Shown here: positions 12,474 to 23,887 of the stretch, piece by piece
How positions within the stretch are numbered: the first letter of the stretch is position 1
Layout: every line of letters starts with the position of its first letter
NCBI RefSeq assembly: GCF_024521635.1
Contig: NW_026250407.1
Location: forward strand, 434,001-498,000
Direction: 5' to 3'
DNA from: Tricharina praecox
Lineage: Eukaryota
Length of the DNA stretch: 64,000 bases
Program-made: the position numbers and the translations under genes
Notes under the pieces: generated by a model
What the model was told of the DNA's origin: nothing
What the model saw: the letters and a program-made list of their open reading frames with translations, nothing else
Databases searched by the model: none

Positions 12474-13265
12474 TTAATGCCTCGGGGCCAACCCAGGTAC
12501 ACCGGCGTACCTCTCCTCTCTCTCGGTCTTAAAGAACAATTGCAGAAAGAACTCCTTCTGATCGGCGTCATAATGCGTCCAAAACTTCCCCGGGCTCCGA
12601 TCCACCTCCTTCGCCTGCAGCTTAAACGAGACAGTCTCGTACGGTTCCGCAGCGACCAGTAGGTACTGATAGTTTTTATCCGGGGGGACCTCGATGCGCT
12701 GTTCAAACGCACTCATGAACCGGTACCTGGGCTTAATCTCCGTACCGATCTCGGGGTACTGCAGCTGAAACAACAGCCCAAGCTGCCTCGTGACCGGATC
12801 TCGAATCTTGGTGATTTTGTACCCCGGCCGTCCGATTTTGATCAAGTTCTTCCGTGGCGCGATCAACTGCTGCCCGATCATCCCCTGCGGTAGACCGGTT
12901 ATCGGATCTAGGTTTTTCCCTTCTTTTGCCTCGCGCGCGGCGCGCCGCGCAAGGTTCGTTTGGTGCTTGCGGCCCTGTGTGTGCGCGAGGTAGGATCCAT
13001 CGTTCTGGTGCACGGTGAGACAGAGACGGCATTCGAAGGAGCCGACGTGGTTGCGGAAGCTGTGGGAAGCAAAGATCGGTCAGTATCAGCTTGTATAGAC
13101 GCGACGCTCGGCAAGAGTCAAGACTCACAAGTATGGATCCTTGTCAAGATCGATAGTCTCGAGCGCGAGCTTGCGCAGACGCTCGCGGCGGTCTTGGTTG
13201 CTGGCGGAGTGCGAGGCGACACCGCCACCACCCATCTTCGAGCCAACACGTCCTTCGTAGGCCAT
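12474..13265 (-). CDS. PRP11: Splicing factor 3a subunit 2 (SF3a66/Prp11/Sap62)
   Basis: MAYEGRVGSKMGGGGVAS...DRRERLRKLALETIDLDKDPYF, one intron, then FRNHVGSFECRLCLTVHQNDGSYLAHTQGRKHQTNL (U1-type Zn finger) and KIGRPGYKITKIRDP. Confidence 0.95.
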
Positions 13266-14100
13266 AGTTTATCGTTTTATTCGTCTTTGAGAGGATGCAA
13301 TGTGGGGTTTTCGGGGCGAGAATCGTGAATGTCCGTCGTGGTGCTGGTGGTGCTGGTGGTGTTGGTGGCCGAGGGTTGGTTCTAAATTCTGGGGGACGTG
13401 TCGCGCTCAAGGTTGAAGATTGGGCTTGGCATACACTAAAATGAGGACACTATGTATCACTAAGCTGCAGGGGATCCTTGACACTTGGCGACCCGGAATC
13501 GAGTGACAGCTCATGTAGTTATTCGTGCCGACAGCTTCTGCAGTCGCTCCGGACGCAACAAAATCCACCCGTTCTCCACCAATATTGGTCCAAACAACAG
13601 GATTAAAGATTTCTAGTAAGGCTGAGAAGTAGGAGAGTCCAGTAGAAAAGAAATATTACTCATGGCTGTGGAACGTAGCGTCGAGGGCGCCGTATGTAGT
13701 GTTGAAGGATTCGGATACAATGTTGCTATATAAGGAAATGGAGCACTTAACCGAAAACAAAATCATCGCCTCACAAGCCACACCAGGTATGATACCTATG
13801 CCAGCCACACCCGGTTCAGACAAGGCCCGAGCGGCTTGTCCTCATCTTTGTTGGATCGTCTACATAATTACTGTCGCACTCACGTGCCTAGAAGCTAACT
13901 GTTTGCCCACAATCACTATTTCTCACAACAAAAACGGAACACACATTACGAAGGCCATCGGGTATGTCCCATCTAATCGTCTACTCGCATACAGACAGCT
14001 TAAACTCTTTTTAAGCCGGGGATCGAAACTGAAAGATCGCAGTTGAGGGATTGAGTTCTCCACTCTCGTGGGTAGAGTATCCTTGGTGGCGGGGCCTCGA

Positions 14101-14757
14101 TTAGTTGACGTTGACGCAACCATGATCGGAAGTAGGGGCGTTACCATCCAGCAGGTTCGGCATCTTGTTCTCATTGTCTCTGTATTCACGAGTGACTGGC
14201 TTGTTTTCGTCTCCACCAGCCACTCCGCCTTCGCGACGCAGCTTTAGAAGGTTCAACTCCTTGTCCAGGCGGTCACGCAGACACTTGATGTCATTGAAGA
14301 CCTGGAAAAAAGCGCCAGCTACAGCTTCACGGGCGTGGTAGCCGGGTATAGCATCGGCAATACTGATCACTCTCACGAGAAGCTCAAAGCTAGTATCGTG
14401 AGGGTTCACAAGCCCGTAGGCCGCGAAGCCAACCAGTGGGTTCTCGTGGAGCTTGGAAACCAGCAGATCACCGAGACGCCAGTCCTCCTTGTTGAAATAA
14501 AAGAAGGCGCCTTTGGTAAAAGTACCTACTTCATGTTAGAAAGACTTAGGAGGTAATAGATAGTGCAAATGACCTTGGAGGAGGTCGAAGTGCACCTCCA
14601 TTCGGTCGGTGCGCCTGCTCGAGTCAGCCAGTGAAATTTCATCCAAATTAAAAGGGCGAAGTTCTTACAGCTGCTCTCCAATATAGAATTGAAGGATGCC
14701 AGTATTGTTGAATCCGACCGGCGGAATCTGCCTGTACTGCTGTCTTGATTCTTCCAT
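14101..14757 (-). CDS. Divergent RNA polymerase II subunit RPB11-like protein (RpoL/Rpb11 family paralogue), about 184 aa
   Basis: Hand-spliced exons 14757-14669, 14614-14574 and 14525-14101 (555 nt, in frame). Introns GTAAGA..GCTGAC..CAG (54 nt) and GTCATT..CTAAC..TAG (48 nt). Product includes AFFYFNKEDWRLGDLLVSKLHENPLVGFAAYGLVNPHDTSFELLVRV...AREAVAGAFFQVFNDIKCLRDRLDKEL, matching the remembered Rpb11 pattern FTFNKEDHTLGNLL...P.V.FAAY...HP....FELRVQT...P.EA. The start codon is uncertain because the frame is open upstream to 15042. Confidence 0.72.
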
Positions 14758-15526
14758 GGGTATAGGTGCAGGTGGTATTGTAGCGGTATTCTGTAGATAT
14801 TTGCAGGCGGCGGTAGAAGGGAGAGCTGTGGTGAAGTGGTAGTAGAAATGACAGGTGGGTTGCAGTGAGTTGTTTTTGGGCGAATAAGGGCGGCCTGACC
14901 CAGCGGTAAAAGCTATACGATTTAAAAATCTCAAACAACTCATCGCAAACACTGGTTGCATCTCTGGCACTCGCTCTACTTCTTTTCGAAGCATCACTAC
15001 CGGTACTGTAGCTTGTATGGTAGATACATATATTCGTTTCATTTTTTTGTGCGACTAAGAGGCCATTCGAAACGCTCTTGTCACCACATCCCACTTAAGC
15101 AACCCTGCAGTACATAATACGTCCATGGCGAGGAGCCCTACCCCGGTCCCGGATTGAAAAACGGTTAGGCGTTCACTCGGCAGGCACCACAACAATCCTC
15201 CCGCTGTTATGTACTTCTAACAGCAGCTGAGCTCTTCCTCCCTCCACTGCACGCACCGTCTTCAACTCTTCATCCACAGAACACAACAGCCTCGTAACTT
15301 CGGAAGTGAATCCCACAGCTTTTCTTAGGCCTCTTCGGTCTTCACCCGAATAAACAGAGACAGCATTAACATCCATATTTCAGCGCTCGACATTTACTAG
15401 AAAGTAAGTCACGTTGATGGACCGGGGGTCGACCGAACTACTTACCGAGCGCATAGAGAATTGACAACGAGTCCCAGATAACCAGATAGTCCGAGCATTT
15501 TCCCAAGACAACTTCAAGATATAACA

Positions 15527-16966
15527 ATGTCTGCCGACAAGATGGAGCTTGACCTCACCGAAATGGAGCTTGACCCAGTCATAGTGGAGTCGGAAGAGCT
15601 TGACGCAGGCAACAAGGGAAGAGCCCAAAAGGATGGGGATGTGCAGAACGATTCCGATACGGAGGACCTTTCAAGTGTCGAGGACAGCGGGGACATCAAG
15701 GACGTGGTCGATATGGAGGATGGCGGTGACTCTAATCGCGCAAATGAGTACGAGCTCTGGGTGTAAGTTGCTCCCCAATCCGTCTAACTTCCATCCTCAT
15801 ACCTCTCAAGCTCGTTTATGATCCCGAAGAAACTAAGTTTCAAATTTTCGATTTTCAGGAATCAGCAGCGCGAGCAGAGCAAGGCTATTCTTGAACAGCT
15901 TATGTCTAACAAAAGCTCCGTACTCCCGACTTCTTCCAAGAAGTCAGGTAGGAACAACCGCATTACGAAGGCTCGTGTGCTAGACCAAGAACCCAGACGC
16001 TCTAAGAGGGTGATGGTGCAGGCTGCATGCCGGGAGAGTTTGGAATCTCACACCGATCCCGCCCCGCTGAATCCCGCTAAGAACTACAGTCCGGAGCCGA
16101 AGACACCCAAGCTCCGTGTTGACGGCAAGCGTTTCGGTGCGATCCCGGGCGTCAGCATCGGCGACGTGTGGGAGTTTCGCATCAAACTAGGCGCGGCCGG
16201 AGTTCATCCTCCTCCTGTCGGCGGAATCTTCGGGGGCCCAGAGTCGGGTGCGTACTCGGTCGTCCTGTCCGCAGGATACCCGGAGGATGTCGATGAGGGC
16301 GACAAGTTCACCTACACCGGTGCGGGTGGCCGGGAACTGAAAAGGAAGAACTTGCGCACGGCCACACAGAGTAAGGACCAAGAACTCGTCCGTGGAAATG
16401 CTGGCCTGCACAAGAGCTTCCAGACGGGAAATCCTGTACGCGTAGTTCGCGGGTACAAGAACCCGTTAGGGCCCGAGACCGGGTATCGCTACGATGGCCT
16501 TTACAAGGTCGTCAATGCGTATACCGCCAAGAGCCAGGATGGAAAATTCCTGGTTTGGCAGTTCGATTTCGAGAAGATCCCCGGCCAAAAAACCGTGAAC
16601 TACCATGCAAAGGAAATCAAATCCAAGGTAAATAATCTAGAGAATGTCGACGAGAATAAGGCCGCGATGCTGACTGGACGGAAGAACGAGACAGCAGATA
16701 CCAATGCTGAAGCCGGGCCATCTCCGCCTGCCACCGATGGGGAGGACGACATTTCTGGAGCCCTGACCTCGTCGCCTGCCACCGATTCGGAGGACGATAA
16801 CACTGGAGCCCCGACCTCGCCGCCTATCACCGATATGGAGGACAACAATAATGGAGCCGCGCTGTCACCGGCTACCACCGACACGGAGAACGACAATGCT
16901 GGAGCCCTTACCTCGCCGCCTGCCACCTATGGGGAGGACAACAAGGCTGACAAGGACGACTGTTGA
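15527..16966 (+). CDS. Stand-alone SRA/YDG domain protein (UHRF1/VIM-type 5mC reader) with acidic N-terminus and repeat tail
   Basis: Exon 15527-15762, intron 15763-15858, exon 15859-16966. SRA motifs FGAIPGVSIG, GVHPPPVGGIFG, GAYSVVLSAGYPEDVDEGDKFTYTGAGG, PVRVVRG and GYRYDGLY. No RING, PHD or SET domain seen. Confidence 0.9.
16711..16950 (+). repeat. Coding tandem repeat, about 5 x 48 nt (16 aa) in the SRA protein tail
   Basis: AGPSPPATDGEDDISG / ALTSSPATDSEDDNTG / APTSPPITDMEDNNNG / AALSPATTDTENDNAG / ALTSPPATYGEDNKAD. Confidence 0.85.
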
Positions 16967-17782
16967 AGGACATACAAATTGACGAGGAAACCTTACCGGT
17001 GTTTGAGCAGAGGACCGCCATGGCCTAAAACCTTGGGTCAGTTTGGTCGATTAAGGTTTGGAGTTGGAATAGTGCGTCTTTCGGTCAGTTTCTGAGATGA
17101 ATGGAGTTCGGTTGCTTTTCACGTTTTCTTTTTCTTCTTCTTCTTTTCTTCTTCTTCTTTATCTTCGTGAATGGTCAATTATCTAAGAAAGTACATACTT
17201 CCTAAGTACATTAGGTAGGTACATCAGTATGTAAGTAATTGTAGATGTGTTGATGGGTTATGCTGCGCTGCGTTGTAAATTTGGAAAGGCTGGATAATAC
17301 CATTTGCTTCAAGAATTATTTTCTCTTTCTCTCTTTCTCTTTCCTCTTTTATGTACCTATATACAAATAGATAATAATCCGCTTTCCCTTCTAAAGCTTA
17401 TAGAGCACTCACAACTGAATTCATCGGCAGTTTCTTAATAGCAATACCCACTTTGGTCAATCCCGGGTCAGCGTCTGATAGGTATTGCTTGCGGAGTGGT
17501 GATGGATCATGGATCCATGGAGTCCACGGTCCACCCTCTGCCCCCTGAGCTCAACAACCACATCAGTGATCACTATCTTAGCCCTCGAGGACGAACGACA
17601 TGGGCAACTAAGCGGGACAGCATGCATGCAACATGGCCTTACCTACTTACTTGCCTATTGGTTTACCGATTCAATGCACTGCACAGGGTTGGTTGGTTGG
17701 TTGGTTGGACATTGCCTTTGAGGTTACGGTTTACATAGGTACTGAATGTTTGTCACCAACTGGCAACGTCCACTCTGGCATT

Positions 17783-17874
17783 GTGGTTCAGTGATTCGGT
17801 GATTCGGCGATTCAGTGATTCGGTGGTTTAGTGATTTAGTGGTTCGGTGGTTCAGTGATTCAGTGATTCAGTGG
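17783..17874. repeat. Degenerate 8-bp tandem repeat (GTGATTCR)n, about 11 copies
   Basis: gtggttca gtgattcg gtgattcg gcgattca gtgattcg gtggttta gtgattta gtggttcg gtggttca gtgattca gtgattca. Confidence 0.85.
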
Positions 17875-18528
17875 GGTACCGTACTACTGTACGTAGTGGC
17901 CGGTTTTTCCGAAGGGATCAAGAATCGGTGGAGATTCGAGAGTGCTGTCACTCGCGGCCGCGATTGGGGCACGGTACTATAGTTATGGCCGGAAAGACTC
18001 ATGGTTGGTTCGCCTGGTTCCTGCACTTCCGAGAGGTTTTTATTTCGAGAGGCAGGCGACTAAGAGCTTTGTAACAATAATGGTATTCCTCAATGTGAGT
18101 GCTGTACAATACATACAATCCTCCGTGTTTAAGAAAGTGCGATAAGTACAAACAACAAGGGTCCTTTCGGCTTCTGTGACGAGATGATATCGCATGAGCA
18201 TACTACATAATTCGGTAGAACCGCGCCAAAATAATCAAAAACAAACAAGCGCAATCCATGAATCCCATCATGGATTGAATTTAGAAAAGTTAGATCGTCT
18301 TGAGCCACTTTTGAATGGACGCTTGTGGTTGTGGTTGTGGCTGTGGTCGCGGCCGTGGTTTCGGTGAACGTATGTACTCTAGACACGCGACGCGATGAGG
18401 CGCTTGTAAGCGGCGCCAGCTTGCATTGTTCCCTCGGCCAGCACCACCGGCACCACCACCATCTACAACACCTCCACCTCCACCGAACCACACGCGACCG
18501 ACAACACCACGCGCGCGCGCCACCCACA

Positions 18529-19456
18529 ATGTCGACGCCCTCCTCCCCACTTTCGCCATACTCCTCGCCCTCCCCCCCGCCGCCCAAGCGCCGGGCCTCC
18601 ACCGCCTTCAGCTCTCCGCACTCGTCTGACCACGAGCACCCGGACCTGCTATCCTCCGACGTCTCATCGGACACCAGCGGCTCGGTTCCGGGCTCGCCGG
18701 GCCCTGCGGACACGCACGATGACGACGGCCCCGCGGAGCAGGTCTCGGTGTGCCGCTGGGACGGGTGCCTCGCGGACATGGGGAACATGGACGATCTCGT
18801 CAAGCACATACACGAGGAGCACATCGGCACGCGCAAGGCGACGTATGCGTGCATGTGGGACGATTGCATGCGCAAGGGGATTACACATGCGAGTGGCTAT
18901 GCGCTCCGCGCGCACATGAGGAGCCATACCAAGGAGAAGCCGTTTTATTGCTCGCTGCCGGGTAGGTTGCTCCGATACAACGCTGGATGGGGGGAGGAAC
19001 GACGGGCGCTAATGCGACGCCGCGCTGCTAGAGTGCGATAGGAGTTTTACCCGCTCAGATGCCCTGGCGAAACATATGCGCACTGTGCACGAGACGGAGG
19101 CCCTGCGCCCCTCCGATCCGGTACCGAAGAGTCATCCGCTACACCCGCACAATGCGCCGAGAAAGGCAAGAGCTGGAGGAGGCGCGAGGACTGATCGCTC
19201 AGCACCCGCATTTTACGGGGCTGAAGACGGCTACGACAGCGATGAGGAAAAGCTCCCGCCGAAGGAGCTGCTGAGGTTGCTGAAGCAGAAGCAGACATGG
19301 GCCGAGAGGGAACAGCAGGACCTCACGGATGCTCTGGCGAAGTTGGAGGGGAAGAGGAAGGAGGCGTGGGTTAAGAAGGAGATGCTGCTCAACAGAGTGC
19401 TGGATATGGAGTTGGGCGAGGAGGAGGCCCGGAAGGTTAGCTTGGATTGGGTGTAG
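18529..19456 (+). CDS. C2H2 zinc-finger protein similar to S. pombe INO80 subunit Iec1
   Basis: CRWDGC..MDDLVKHIHEEHIG, YACMWDDC..HASGYALRAHMRSHTKEKPFYCSLP, intron 18962-19031, then ECDRSFTRSDALAKHMRTVHETEALRPSDPVPK and a C-terminal coiled coil. Confidence 0.85.
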
Positions 19457-20766
19457 CAGATGCTGGGACATCGATCAAGGTCATGGGAGTACGGAGTTTG
19501 CTTTTGCGGTCTGTTATGTTGCTTTGATATACTGGTATGCGCGGTTGCGATTGTGGATGAATTTGAAAAGCAATATTCTGCCTGGCTAATTGGTGTTTTA
19601 CTGATGTACGCAAAATGTGATTTCGGACGAGCCATTGGGGGATGTCGTATACGCTCTGGGCTGCTTCCGTCTCGTAACTTCAAGCTCGGATATGATCCGA
19701 CACCACCAGCTCTAGATCCTGCTTGCCTTTAACTATAATCTCGCCGATGCTACTCCTCCTGCACTCTTCGGGCCTCGGTCGGAAAGAGCGTAGGTCCGAT
19801 GATTGCGGGCCCAGGGCCAGCCCCATATTTCGCTCAAGCGAGACACTTTCCAGCACTCATCCAGTGGCCAGTCACGTTGTAGGCATCATAGGTTCCTGTT
19901 CAGACATCACTGTCAATTCCAATTCCTATTATCTTGTGAAGCAGAATCTCTCGCGCGAGAACAGAACAAAATCATCACAGCATCCACGCAATACGGCACC
20001 GGTATATAGATACTTCCTCTCCACTTTGAATGGTGATCCCGTAGATACGCACTTCGGCACCGTTTGCCTTACGTCATCACGGAAGCAACCCGCAAAAAGG
20101 CGGCTCTCCCGTGTCCCCTCCGTCGATCCCGGCGGAACGTCCGTCCTGTACCACCACCCATGAGCACAACCACCAATTCCGCGATGCCTGGGCTCGGGGC
20201 GCATACAATCCACCCTTGCCAATTGGTGGAACTGCTCACGTTCCGATGAGCCGGCCTTCCTTTCCTTGCAGGTGTGGGGTAGGGTTGCGGTGCTTACCGT
20301 ACTCTACTCTAGCGTCGATGATGCCAAATGTTTGCCTCGACGTCGATCCTTCACGACCTTCACGACGACGAAGATGGCTTTCTTCCCCACAGATGCACTC
20401 CGGCATGTCTGGTGCCGAATGAACCGTATAGGCTCCGCCGAGGGTCCCCACATCCCGCTTGCGACCCGCTTTTTCCACAAGCTAGAATCGCGATGTCTGT
20501 AGCTGCATGGAAGGGTTTGATCTTGTCGAAAACAGCTGCAGAATCACGATTGGCACGCGGCACGCCCCGAGCAGACGCAGTGTACAACCATTATCTGAAC
20601 CCTGGGAACCGTTGCTGAGGCCCCTTCCCTCCCTATACCCCGCCTGACACGTCCGTCTGGTGCCGCTCCCGAGGTAGCTAGCGGTGCGCGGTGGTTCCAA
20701 TTCCATAAAGACCCTCTACATCTACATCTCGTAGTCCAGCAGCCAGACAGCACAATCATCACCACC

Positions 20767-22426
20767 ATGGCGTTCACAATCCTCCTCATTGCGCTGTTCC
20801 CAGTGCTGTACTACCTCCTTCCATACCTCGCCGACGACAAGAAACTTCGCCGCTTTCCCTCCCCGTTCCCCGCCGCTTTCTCGGAATTTTGGCTCTTCTA
20901 CCAGGCCCGCCGCGGACGTAGATACCTCGCTGTCCACGCCGCCCACGAGAAGTACGGAAGATTCGTTCGCGTTCAGCCAAAGCACGTTTCCGTTGCCGAC
21001 TCCGCCGCCATTCCGGCCATCTACGGTCATGGAACTGGGTTCACGAAATCGTGAGTATCCCCCTAATAACTGTCCCTATCGTGAGGGCGGGCGGGCTGAC
21101 GGACGGGTTGCTGGTGAAGTGAGTACTACGACAGCTTTGTCTCTATCGCCCGCGGGCTGTTCAACACCCGTGACCGCGCCGAGCACACACGCAAGCGTAA
21201 GACGGTGTCACATATTTTCTCGACCAAGAGCGTGCTGCAGTTTGAGCCGTTTATTCATCACAACCTCGAGCTCCTGGCGAAACAATGGAACAAGATGTCG
21301 GACCGCCCAGACCTGCCCGGCGGGTTCCACAAGCTTGATTGTTTGCATTATTTCAACTACCTGGCTTTTGATATCATCTCGGGTATGTATGAGGGCTGGG
21401 AGGTCTCACTTGCGAGTGTGTGGCTGATGATATATAGATTTGACCTTTGGCGCACCTTTCGGCATGCTCGAGTCGTGCAAAGACGAGGCGGCGGTGAAGG
21501 ATCCGCGCACCGGCAAAGTGACCACCGCTCCCGCCATCGAAGTCCTTAACCGTCGCGGTGAGGTATCTGGCACGCTCGGATGTGTCCCCTGGGTCAAGAA
21601 ATACGCCAAATACATCCCGGACAAGTTTTTCACTCAAGGCATCAAAGCCGTCGAAAACCTCGCGGGTATCGCCATTGCACGTGTCAGCGAGCGATTGGAC
21701 CATGGAAAAGGAGCAGGCCGCGAGGACCTCCTCAAGAAACTGATGGACGGCCGCGACGGCGACGGCAACCCCCTCGGCCGCAAGGAAACCGAAGCCGAAG
21801 CCCTGACCATGCTTATCGCCGGATCCGACACGACTAGCAACACGCTCTGCTCCCTCATGTTCTGGGTCCTGCGCACCCCCGGCGTCCTCCAAACCCTCCA
21901 GAAAGAACTCGACGCCGCCCTCTCGCCCCATGGCGAATGGGAAATTCCCCGCTATGGTGCCGTAAAGGACCTCCCCTACCTCCGCGCCGTCATCAACGAG
22001 ACTCTCCGTATCCACTCGACTTCCTCGCTCGGTCTTCCCCGCCTCGTCCCGCCGGAGGGCGCAACCGTCTGCGGCGAATTCTTCACCGGCGGAACGGTCC
22101 TCTCGGTTCCCGCGTACACGATCCACCACTCCACCGAGGTCTGGGGCGAGAACGCTGAGGAGTTCGTTCCCGAGCGGTGGTTCGACCTTACCGCGCTGCA
22201 GAAGAGGAGCTTCATCCCGTTCTCGACGGGTCCCAGGGCGTGTGTCGGACAGAATCTGGCGGAGATCGAGATGACGACTATTGTGGCGACGGTGTTTAGT
22301 GGCTGGGAGTGGAAGTTTGCCGAGGGAGAGCTCCAGGGCCTTCCCGGCGCGGAGTTGAACACGTGTGAGGGGTTCTTGAGGAAGCCGCTTGGTGTTGAGG
22401 TGGGAGTCAAGAGGAGAAGGGCGTAG
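20767..22426 (+). CDS. CYP53: Cytochrome P450, CYP53 family (benzoate 4-monooxygenase)
   Basis: YYDSFVSIARGLFNTRDRAEHTRKRK; I-helix AGSDTTSNT; ETLRIHSTSSLGLPR; PERW; heme motif FSTGPRACVG. Introns 21051-21119 and about 21383-21437. Confidence 0.92.
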
Positions 22427-22617
22427 AAGGAAGTTTCTTTGGGACGATGGATCATGGAATTGCTTGTTTTTATCTCTGCTAGAGACGCTGTTTATGGACT
22501 GGAAGTTCGTGCGAATGAAAGTGATTGGACCATTCTGCTGTGCGAAGTGCCGCGAGAGAAATGAAGGTGCATAGATTCTAATCGCCAGTGTTCCCGCCAT
22601 ATGTGAAATAGATAAAC

Positions 22618-23634
22618 CATCCCTAATGCTTGGAGCAGCCAGTCGGAGAAACAGCGCATTAGGTACCTCCGGTATCAGTCCCCGTCGTCTCCAGAGGCCC
22701 GAAACTCACTCCCAGGCTCCGGAGATATCGGGAATCGAGAATCGGGACGGGCCATAAGTATAGCCGAACGACGTCCCCGGAGTCCCGAGTCTCGACTGCA
22801 AAAGCCGCACACCAGTCGGCCATAGCAGATATCCGGCCGGTAGTACCAACAGACTGAGAGCATGTGCGACGTAGGTAGGTCGGGAATGGTTACACTGCTC
22901 CGGCCCCGGCCCAAGTCGCGGCGTAGTTGAAGCCCGATGGATGGATGGAATTCCGTGGTCGTATAATTATTTACTCTCGGGCCCGGCGGGATGTAGGCAG
23001 CTACATACGGCCGCAGACCCACCGTGGAAAGCCCGGTAGGCACAGTGCCGAAAGTTGTAAGTGTTACTCCGAGTCCGAGTCCGCGACACCGGCCGAGGGA
23101 ACCCGGTGGTGACTCGGGAGGATCCAAGGGCTCGGCCCGGCGCGGCCCAGGGGTTAATGGGCGTCGAGTCCGGACAACGTGTGGCCGGGGCCCGGGATGG
23201 AAAACGGCTCAACCAGGTTCCTGCGGAACAAACGGGCTCAGGATTCAGGTACTATCGATCGCACACGACCTGTCCAGGTCGCTCTGGGTATCCTGTCTGT
23301 ACTCATAACTTGACCACGGGGGCGTTGGGGGTACTCGCTTATCTCCGGGTGCGAAATCGGTCGAGTCATCGTCTATGAACTGCGCTGGTCGGTGCTCTGG
23401 AGTCTGGAGGACTTACCAGCCCCGATCCCGGCCCGGTCGCAAGTTCCGAACTTCGGTCTGCCGTCTCGGGGAAACGGCAATGGTAGGCTCGGAACTAAAG
23501 TCCACGATTTTCCTCAACGTCCCCCCGCATTCTAATCTCCGGCTGCCCCTCATCCCTCCTGGAGGGAACGGGTGTGCCGGAGTTTAGATCAAACTCCGGG
23601 GGTCCAGACTCGTTACTCCAGAGGATTAGGGTTG
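22618..23634. mobile_element. Possible non-autonomous DNA transposon relic (about 1 kb, imperfect terminal inverted repeats)
   Basis: Left catccctaatgct-tggagcagccagtc-gg versus reverse complement of right end caaccctaatcctctggagtaacgagtctgg. Interior is non-coding and rich in CCGG/CGAGTC. No clear TSD. Confidence 0.45.
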
Positions 23635-23887
23635 TGATGTTCCATGGATGACACTTCGGTTCCTGCAGGAAAGTGTAGGACCAAGTTTAGTCTTTCAGAT
23701 GTCCGATAACACCGTCACCAGAGCGTAGGCGATATGCATATATAAAAGTTTACGACGGTGACTTTGATGAAACTAGATAACTATATCAGACTTCGCCACA
23801 GTTCCCAAGCCACTACATCCGCAAATACCAGCTATCACACCAAATCCAGTTCCAAGCCCATCACAAACCTCCAAACAACCTTCCAAA

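Noticed and set aside
14665..14760. VGFNNTG resembling a ubiquitin-specific protease Cys box
   Set aside because: No catalytic Cys follows, and the segment splices cleanly into the RPB11-like ORF.
21374..22600. 408-aa minus-strand ORF
   Set aside because: Antisense to the last CYP53 exon; no independent evidence.
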